Positions 31,768 to 38,411 of a stretch of 38,411 nucleotides of DNA are shown here, piece by piece (position 1 is the stretch's first letter; each line of letters begins with the position of its first letter). The notes under the pieces were generated by a model, which was not told where the DNA came from, ran no database searches, and worked only from the letters and a program-made list of their open reading frames with translations. The stretch lies in the NCBI GenBank assembly GCA_001275005.1, contig JWZX01002867.1, positions 1 through 38,411 of the forward strand, read 5' to 3'. The stretch is from Chrysochromulina tobinii. Lineage: Eukaryota. Made by a program: the position numbers and the translations under genes.

Positions 31768-33792
31768 TTAGATCAATTTGGAGACCCGCCGCGACGATTT
31801 GCTTCCATCGACCCCCCTGGCTGGAGATGCGTCCGCGGCGCCAGCCGTCGGCGAGACGACGCCCTTCCTGAGGAGCAGGTCGTTGCCGTGAACCTCCCAG
31901 CCCTTGAGGTTCTCCTCGAGCGCGCCGATGCAGTCCCGGGTCGCCTGTTCGCCGAGTAGCCCGCACAGCTCGACAAAGAGCGGCTTGACGAGCACGTTGA
32001 TGAAGCCCATCTGGCACTGGGCCACGCTCGTCTTCTCGCGATCGTAAAAGGGCGAGATGGGCATCCCGAGATTCCTCTCGAGGTCGCCCTGTCGGAAAAA
32101 CTCCTCCATGACAAGCTCGGTCCACTTGAGGCACAATTTGAGCGGCTTGGCCGGGTTCGCAATGTCCGCCGCGTGCACAATCAGCGCGAGCAAGAACTTG
32201 ACGTCTTCGCGGTCGCAGCCCGCCACAAAGGTGTTGCTCGACACCTTCGTCTTGAACTTGGTGTAGTGCTCGAAGTGGAACTTCATGTCCGTTCCCATCA
32301 CCAACTGAATGACGCAGTCGCGAAATTCGAGGTACTGCTCCCGAGGCCAGCCCTTGAGGAAGTTGCACTCGTCGAGTAGAAGCAGTTTCCACGCGGAGGC
32401 GAGGTGGTGCGACTCGAGGATCGACTGGTCGTTGTACGTGAGCGAGTACTCATGCTTCGTCTGCTGGAGGAACTGGTTGTTCACGCCCGGGTGCTGATAG
32501 TCGTGGATTGCAGACGCGACGATGCACGCGAGCCGGTCGAGCGGCGTGATCAACTCGTCGACGAGCTTGTGCCGGATGAAGTAGTTGGTGTTGAACACCA
32601 CGTCGAGAGCGTGCACCGAGTTGTGGTACGGGTTCTCGGCCTTGTAGCCATCCTGGACGCGCCGCAAGAAGGTGAGCAACCGAGGTTTGGACAGTCGGAG
32701 CTTGGCGATCAGCCCATGGTCCTCGAGCAGCTGGTGCACGCCGAGCACAAGGTGCGACCCCTCGGCCTTGGCGGCGAAATCGAAGACGTCCACGTCCCAT
32801 CCGTGCACCTTGGAGACGAAATTTCTGCCGGGCAGAACGTCCAAGTACGGACTCGAAAACCTTCGTGACGATTGTGGAGGGTGGAGGTACGCCCGAATCT
32901 CCGGCAGCGTCGACAGCTGATCCATCCGAGCGAGCTCCAGGGCTGCGAGCGACTCGCCGCCCTCGAGCATCCTGGTCTCCAGTCGCTTGAGGCCCTGCGC
33001 CGTCGAGGGCAATGCGGCCTGGGTCTCACCGCACTGGACGTCGACAGATTGGCGCCGCCCCCCGCCAAGATTATTCTCGAGAAACGACATCATCTCTGAC
33101 GAGACGTTGGCGCCGCCTGCCACCTTGAGGTCGATGGTGTACAGCTTGTCCGACGAGATGAGGTGCATGATCCAGCTGATGTCGGACACGTCGTCCGCAT
33201 CCTCGAGTCGGCCCTTCATATCGATCAGCAGCTCCATAACGCGCTCGACGGGCGAGCCAAACTTGAGATGTTTGGCCTTCTTGTACGCACGCTGCGCCTT
33301 CTGCACCTTGTTCATCACGACGAAGAGGCGCACAAGACGCACCAGGCGCACGATGCGCAGAAAATTGAAGGAGTCACCGGCAGTCGACAGCACCGTTACC
33401 AACTGGAGCTGCAGGATGAGCAGCCCGATCACGATAAGCGCGTCGACGCAGTTCAGAACGTCGAAGAAATAGGGGAAGCCGTATGCGTACAGCCGGAGCT
33501 GGATCTCGACGGTGAAGATGAGGAGGAAGGCGAGCTCCGTGTACTGGAATGCATTGGTCCAACTGATGACGAACGCGTCTTCCTCGTGGTGGGTGATGCA
33601 CGCCTGGATCATCGTGATGTTGTCGTAGATATTGCAGCCCGCATCGGTGACGGCCATGTCAACGAGCATCCCCAGCATGTTGAGCAGCACCAAGCCGGTG
33701 ACGAAGAACTCGGTCATGACATTGTCAAAGGTGCGCCGCAACACGTGGCGTCCTGGCAGATACGACTTGGCCTTCTCCTTCTTGTCGGCCAT
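31768..33792 (-). CDS. Voltage-sensor domain (S1-S4) fused to a class I 3',5'-cyclic nucleotide phosphodiesterase, 674 aa
   Basis: Four TM helices with S2 FTVE, S3 NCVD and S4 LRIVRLVRLVRL. PDEase_I motifs YHNSVHALD, IHDYQHPGVNN, YNDQSILESHH, GTDM, HAADIAN, EEFFRQGDLE, QMGFI. One uninterrupted ORF. Confidence 0.92.
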   Translation of the reverse strand: MADKKEKAKSYLPGRHVLRRTFDNVMTEFFVTGLVLLNMLGMLVDMAVTDAGCNIYDNITMIQACITHHEEDAFVISWTNAFQYTELAFLLIFTVEIQLRLYAYGFPYFFDVLNCVDALIVIGLLILQLQLVTVLSTAGDSFNFLRIVRLVRLVRLFVVMNKVQKAQRAYKKAKHLKFGSPVERVMELLIDMKGRLEDADDVSDISWIMHLISSDKLYTIDLKVAGGANVSSEMMSFLENNLGGGRRQSVDVQCGETQAALPSTAQGLKRLETRMLEGGESLAALELARMDQLSTLPEIRAYLHPPQSSRRFSSPYLDVLPGRNFVSKVHGWDVDVFDFAAKAEGSHLVLGVHQLLEDHGLIAKLRLSKPRLLTFLRRVQDGYKAENPYHNSVHALDVVFNTNYFIRHKLVDELITPLDRLACIVASAIHDYQHPGVNNQFLQQTKHEYSLTYNDQSILESHHLASAWKLLLLDECNFLKGWPREQYLEFRDCVIQLVMGTDMKFHFEHYTKFKTKVSSNTFVAGCDREDVKFLLALIVHAADIANPAKPLKLCLKWTELVMEEFFRQGDLERNLGMPISPFYDREKTSVAQCQMGFINVLVKPLFVELCGLLGEQATRDCIGALEENLKGWEVHGNDLLLRKGVVSPTAGAADASPARGVDGSKSSRRVSKLI

Positions 33793-34640
33793 GCTGCACG
33801 CTTCAGAATTTAGGCCGCTTCAGGACGCGACCGCCAGTAATCAAGTTTCACTGTCCCAAATTGGTTCGCGCGCAGTTCCCTTTTTAGTGCAGAATTAGGA
33901 TGTCCCCCGTTCCGCGTTGGGGCCGGACATGAGGAGGGGGGTGGGGGTGTGAGTGCACGCGCTCACGTAGGGCCTCTCGCGCTCTCGTCCACAAAAAGGA
34001 TGTGTGGATGTCCACGAGCCTGCCACGTCTTGCTGCCACGCGACCACGCTACCAGCCCGACTGCCCGAGCCTGCGAGCCACGCAGAAAGAAAGAAAAATT
34101 AGATCCGTACGGAACTTATACGGAACCTGAGGCCGTGAGGCGTCGGGGCACGATATTCTTTGTCATAGTGCTTCAATTATTGGCTGTTTCGGAATCTCGT
34201 TGCAATGGTACTGTACATGTAGGAACAGTTGTCGAGTGGCCACTCTTGGCGCCGCGTTGGCCATGGATAGACCATGTGGGTAGACCATGGCCCATGGGTT
34301 TCGATCGAGGGTTTCGAATGGGTTAGAGGTAATCGCTCCGTCCGCTCTCCGTGATTGTGCGTGTCTCATACTGTACGTGCAACAGATTCAATAAATTCAA
34401 ATCTTGAATTCACAACGTCGCGAGAACTTAATTTATATTCCTTGCTCTGTGCTGAGGCTCATACATGTAGGACTTCCCATGCGCGAGCCGTGGAGCTCAA
34501 GCAAGACCTGCGCGGCTGAAATCACGAGCACGTTGTGGAAATCTTTAGGTAATCGGATGTATTTTGATAAGGCGACTTCGACGTTTCGTCAAACGTCTCC
34601 GGCTCGTCCGACGGTCTCGCTGAACTCATTTTTTGCAAAA

Positions 34641-35864
34641 ATGAGCGACGTGAGAACCTTGGACCTGTTGCTCAGGGCCGCCGATCACGTCGCTCCCATG
34701 AAGGCCCAAAATGCCAAAGCAGCTCAGGCGGATCGAAATATGGCGCCATCCAAATCCCCCCCAGTATCGTCTTCTTCACCGACACCGATGAAGCGGAAGT
34801 TGGGGGAGGAGGAAATGGGGTCGCTTCCATCTGACGAGGAAGAGGAGGAGGGAGAGGAGGACACGCAGTACGATAACGACCATTTCGTCGAACTGGCTGA
34901 CGAAGCACGTCGTGCAGCTGGCGAAAGCCGTCTTACCCTTGCGCAGCCGCTCCCATGGCTCCCCTCATCGGCTTTTACGGCCCCTTCTGTGTTTGCTCAC
35001 GTTGGCGGGATGACCGGGCTGATGCTCCCTGGGTCAGCGCCCATGTTGGCTGCTGTGCCTGGCGTCAATCCCTGCTTCGATCGCCGGTATGACACGGGCA
35101 TGCCACCGCAGGCCCCTAGCGCGCCAATGCAAATGAATCGCCCCTGTACATCATGCCGAGTTGCCAAGATTCTGTGCGATCGTCAGCTGCCGTGCACCCG
35201 TTGCGTTCGCCTCAACATGGTCTGCCAGGCGCCGGCGCATGTCCGCCGCGGCCGCCCCCCCGGCCGCCGGTGGTCTTGCCTCTCGAACCAAAAGCTCGAG
35301 CCATCTGCGCTCGGACTTCCCAGCGCCACTAGCCTCACGGGCGCCGTGCCGGGCGTAGGCGGCGTGCTGGGCCTCGATGTGCACGTGAGCCAGCTGCAGC
35401 GCATGCCGGCCAGCACGGGTGTCTTTGACACCGCCCTGCACCCGGAGCGCCATCGTGAGCGCCATCCTCATCCAGCCGCCGCCCCCTTCGGCGTCGCCCC
35501 CGCAGCTATGACGAACCCCTCAGCTTGGTTCCCAACCGATCCCGGACTCAACCCAAATATGACGAACCCAAACATGACGTTCTCCGCAGCCGGAGCACCC
35601 TTGCCACCCTCGGAGTACGCCCAGCCGCTGCGGCCTCCCGCGCATTTCACCGCCACCGTCATCGCAGTTCTCCCGCCTACCGCATCCACGGTACCCACCC
35701 AATTACCCTCCCATTCAGTGTCGGCCTCGGTGCACGGCGGCAACTTCTTCGCGAGCGCCGCACCCCAGTTGCCTGCGCCCGCGCCGCTCCCTGTGCCTGT
35801 TGACTACTCAGTCGGCGCACTGCGGGCGCAGCTCCTTCAACTGGGAGTACTGCCCTGCATCTGA
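34641..35864 (+). CDS. Zn(II)2Cys6 binuclear-cluster transcription factor with an AT-hook-like motif, 407 aa
   Basis: CTSCRVAKILCDRQLPCTRCVRLNMVC (Cx2Cx6Cx5Cx2Cx6C), then RRGRPP. Acidic stretch and a KRK NLS-like motif. Confidence 0.85.
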   Translation: MSDVRTLDLLLRAADHVAPMKAQNAKAAQADRNMAPSKSPPVSSSSPTPMKRKLGEEEMGSLPSDEEEEEGEEDTQYDNDHFVELADEARRAAGESRLTLAQPLPWLPSSAFTAPSVFAHVGGMTGLMLPGSAPMLAAVPGVNPCFDRRYDTGMPPQAPSAPMQMNRPCTSCRVAKILCDRQLPCTRCVRLNMVCQAPAHVRRGRPPGRRWSCLSNQKLEPSALGLPSATSLTGAVPGVGGVLGLDVHVSQLQRMPASTGVFDTALHPERHRERHPHPAAAPFGVAPAAMTNPSAWFPTDPGLNPNMTNPNMTFSAAGAPLPPSEYAQPLRPPAHFTATVIAVLPPTASTVPTQLPSHSVSASVHGGNFFASAAPQLPAPAPLPVPVDYSVGALRAQLLQLGVLPCI

Positions 35865-36313
35865 GCTCGTATCGGAACATCCATGTGTTACGGTCCCCTG
35901 GGCCTTCCACGTGGGACGGAACTGAAACACTACATGTCAACAACGCTCAGTGGCAGCTGTGTAGAGTGAATAGCCTGGAGCTGTATGTAGCGTTAAGCGT
36001 AGTCAAACCTGTGTGGCTTCGTGGCGAGCCCGTAGTTAGAAGTTACCTGCGTGTGTTGCATGGTGTGTTGCGCATGGTGTTGCGCGTAACAAAATCGCGT
36101 CAAGTGACTCGAGGTCCGAAGATTACATGGTTCCATAGCCCCGCGGCGCCCAGGGCGTACACCGGACACCGCCCGCGCACCGCGCTCTAGCCGCTAAAAC
36201 CAGCGGACCTCTACCTCTCTCCCTCTGGACAACATGACCGAGCACCGTCTTGCGTCTACATAATTCCACAAGTCGATGCACCAAAAGAGGCTGGGGGCGA
36301 CGGTGTGCATCGC

Positions 36314-37048
36314 TCACGCCTCGGCGGGCTCCTCGACGATTAGGCAGTGCGCCTTGCACGGAAAGAAAGGCAGCGCCGGCCGCTTGTGCTGCCGCTTGTT
36401 CAACGGCACACGAAGCTGCTGACTCAGCGAGGCGCGAAAGAGCTCTGCATTAGGGGCGACTTCGAGCTGGTCGCGCAGGAGCGACACCACGTCGGAGAGC
36501 TTGTGGTCGGCCGTGATGATGATAGATCCGAGCAGCGCCTCTTCCGTACATTTGGAAAGGTAGACCATGACTTCCCTCGAGACCAGCTGCTTGGCAGAAT
36601 GCGTTAGGCGGCCATGCTCGGCATGGTCGTCCGTGAATATGAGCGGAGGCTTATCGGGATCTCTGGTGATGCCCGATCCAATTTTTTGCTGCAGCACGGC
36701 TTGTAACTGCTCCGACAGTGTAGGCGTGTCGGCAATCAGGCTTGCCAAGGTCGCGGGCAGTTGCCCACGGTGGCCGCGAAGGAAGCAGCCGCACCGCGGC
36801 AGCTGTGGCACAAGAGAGAGCGGATGCCCATTGACGTGCAGCTCGTTCAGCGGCACGAGCGCGCCCTGAGTGCCGCACTCGCGGCAGAAAAGCGCAGGCG
36901 TCGTCGGAGCGCCGAGCATCGAGACACGAGTAATATGTGCATTGGCTGTGAATACAGAATTAGGAGTAGATTTGGGGGAGATAGTCGTCGTCGGAAAGTG
37001 TACGAGGTCGTCGTTGTCGGCGGATTTTGATGTGCTCCCATAAGACAT
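36314..37048 (-). CDS. Hypothetical protein, 244 aa (CxxC pair; possible C-terminal beta-grasp fold)
   Basis: ATG 37048 ORF with FCRECG and RCGC motifs. The fold call is a guess from the strand/helix pattern. Confidence 0.5.
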   Translation of the reverse strand: MSYGSTSKSADNDDLVHFPTTTISPKSTPNSVFTANAHITRVSMLGAPTTPALFCRECGTQGALVPLNELHVNGHPLSLVPQLPRCGCFLRGHRGQLPATLASLIADTPTLSEQLQAVLQQKIGSGITRDPDKPPLIFTDDHAEHGRLTHSAKQLVSREVMVYLSKCTEEALLGSIIITADHKLSDVVSLLRDQLEVAPNAELFRASLSQQLRVPLNKRQHKRPALPFFPCKAHCLIVEEPAEA

Positions 37049-37395
37049 TTCCTCAGGCCCTGGTGCCTGGACAGCGTCTCGGCGGGTCCTCCGCGCGCGC
37101 TCCTCGATGACGGATGACCTCGACCATCCGGTTTCCGGTACAGCGGCCCAAAGGATTGGAAATTCACAATCAAGATCTCCACACGAGGCGTCGATGCTCC
37201 ATATTTGCAATATGAGTTGGTCGGCCTTTTCGGAACGCACGCTCCACCAACCTCCCGTCTGCCGAAACGCAGGTGTAAACAGTAAAAGTACTGTACAATA
37301 ACCAGAGGACGCTCATCCCTAGAGCAGTGATAAGTGACGAGAAAGCATATAGCTATAAGATGATCACCCCACTGAGTGCTGAGTAAAACGCTGTA

Positions 37396-38411
37396 TCATC
37401 CCCATACCGGGGACCGTGGACGCTCGAGGCACTCGGGCCGTGGTGCGGGTACTTGTAATTGGCGTGGGTGTGGGTGTTCGGATGCAACATCCGTTCTTGC
37501 TTCGATTTCCCACCTCGGAAAAGCGCATTCGAACGGGGCGTCCGCCAGGCGCCGCTCGACAGCCGCCCTCGTCGTCGGGTCACGCCCGCTCCCGGTCACG
37601 TCGCCCCAGAACGGATCGACGTAGGCTGCATAATAATCGTGGTAGGCGGGCGCGTGCCACCATACCCTTGGGTACGAGGTCAGCGTAGACGGAGGCAGCA
37701 CCGGTCCGCCACGGAAGGCGACGACGTCGCCCGATTCGAAGATCTCGCTCGCAGCGCGCATCGCATTGAAGATGTGCTGGGTTGACTCGGGCAGCTCGGA
37801 CTCGATGATGGTGTTGTTGCACTGGGCGCACGTCGCTCGGTCGCTAGTCAGGGCGAGACCGATCAGTCCATTGGGGAGCCGAGGGAACAGGCAGTGCTCG
37901 TGCTGGTTAGGCCCAACGACTCGGCAGACGGCGCGCCGATCGAACAGGCGAGCGGCAATAGCGGCCACAGCGCGCTGCTCGTCGTCTTGCGAGAAAACAA
38001 ACGTTAGGGCTCCGCGGATCCGTGTCGCCCCTCGGGTGTACAACTCGTCCACATGCACGTCGCTCACCTTCCGCAGGCTCATCTCGGCCGCCGTGCGCCG
38101 GCCGTACGTGCGTGGCGGCGAGGGAGGTTGTGAGGGTGGCGGCGAAGGTGGAGGGGACGAAGGCGGTGGCGGCAATGGCGGCGGTGACGAGGGCGGCGGA
38201 GTCGGCGGCGCGGGAGGAGACGGCGGTGGGGAGGGTGGTCGAGGTGGACGGGGCGGCGCCGGCGGCGCCGACGGCGGCGGTGGGCTGGGAGGCGGTCGCG
38301 GCGGAGCCGGCGGGAAAGGCGGCGGGGAGGGTGGTGGCGACGGCGGCGGCGAGGGTTGAGGTGGTGAGGGTGGTGGCGGGGACGGTGGAGGCGGAGACGG
38401 TGGTGGTGGTA
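37396..38411 (-). CDS. Partial gene (5' end outside window): Ser-Pro-rich (SPPP) stalk followed by an unrecognised globular domain
   Basis: The frame of ORF 37396-38175 stays open to the window edge and encodes PPSPPP repeats. Confidence 0.7.
   Translation of the reverse strand, partial: PPPPSPPPPSPPPPSPPQPSPPPSPPPSPPPFPPAPPRPPPSPPPPSAPPAPPRPPRPPSPPPSPPAPPTPPPSSPPPLPPPPSSPPPSPPPSQPPSPPRTYGRRTAAEMSLRKVSDVHVDELYTRGATRIRGALTFVFSQDDEQRAVAAIAARLFDRRAVCRVVGPNQHEHCLFPRLPNGLIGLALTSDRATCAQCNNTIIESELPESTQHIFNAMRAASEIFESGDVVAFRGGPVLPPSTLTSYPRVWWHAPAYHDYYAAYVDPFWGDVTGSGRDPTTRAAVERRLADAPFECAFPRWEIEARTDVASEHPHPRQLQVPAPRPECLERPRSPVWG

Noticed and set aside
33310..33717. Hv1 proton channel or voltage-gated ion channel
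   Set aside because: S4 lacks the RxWRxxR Trp, S1 appears to have Asn where Hv1 has its selectivity Asp, and there is no S5-P-S6 pore.
34255..34300. Clustered ccatgg/agaccatg repeats upstream of the Zn2Cys6 gene as a regulatory site
   Set aside because: Short and degenerate; cannot be distinguished from chance without comparative data.

Overview
GC-rich eukaryotic nuclear DNA. A haptophyte alga (Chrysochromulina/Prymnesiales-like) is inferred from spliceosomal introns, an axonemal dynein subunit and a signal-peptide-bearing plastid protein. I reconstructed about 19 densely packed genes by hand with 22 predicted introns: Spt3, a PUB-domain protein, DNAI7/CASC1, a coiled-coil protein, an IRAK/Pelle-like kinase-RING-PDZ protein, a GT2-like glycosyltransferase, CGLD27/Ycf36, TPR-aprataxin, SET-MORN (frameshifted), a SAM methyltransferase, a sulfotransferase-like secreted protein, an ankyrin TRP channel, a Zn2Cys6 transcription factor and several hypotheticals. 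Highlight 1: an intronless 674-aa gene (31768-33792, minus) fuses a pore-less S1-S4 voltage-sensor domain to an intact class I cyclic-nucleotide phosphodiesterase. This candidate voltage-sensing PDE lies directly upstream of the TRP channel. Highlight 2: the introns are built from strand-oriented ~10-nt TGA-containing repeats and often carry copies of their own flanking exon junctions. One holds a copy of the spliced junction plus 40 nt shared with another intron of the same gene, suggesting recent template-switch intron creation. All calls come from motif recognition by eye; no database searches were run.
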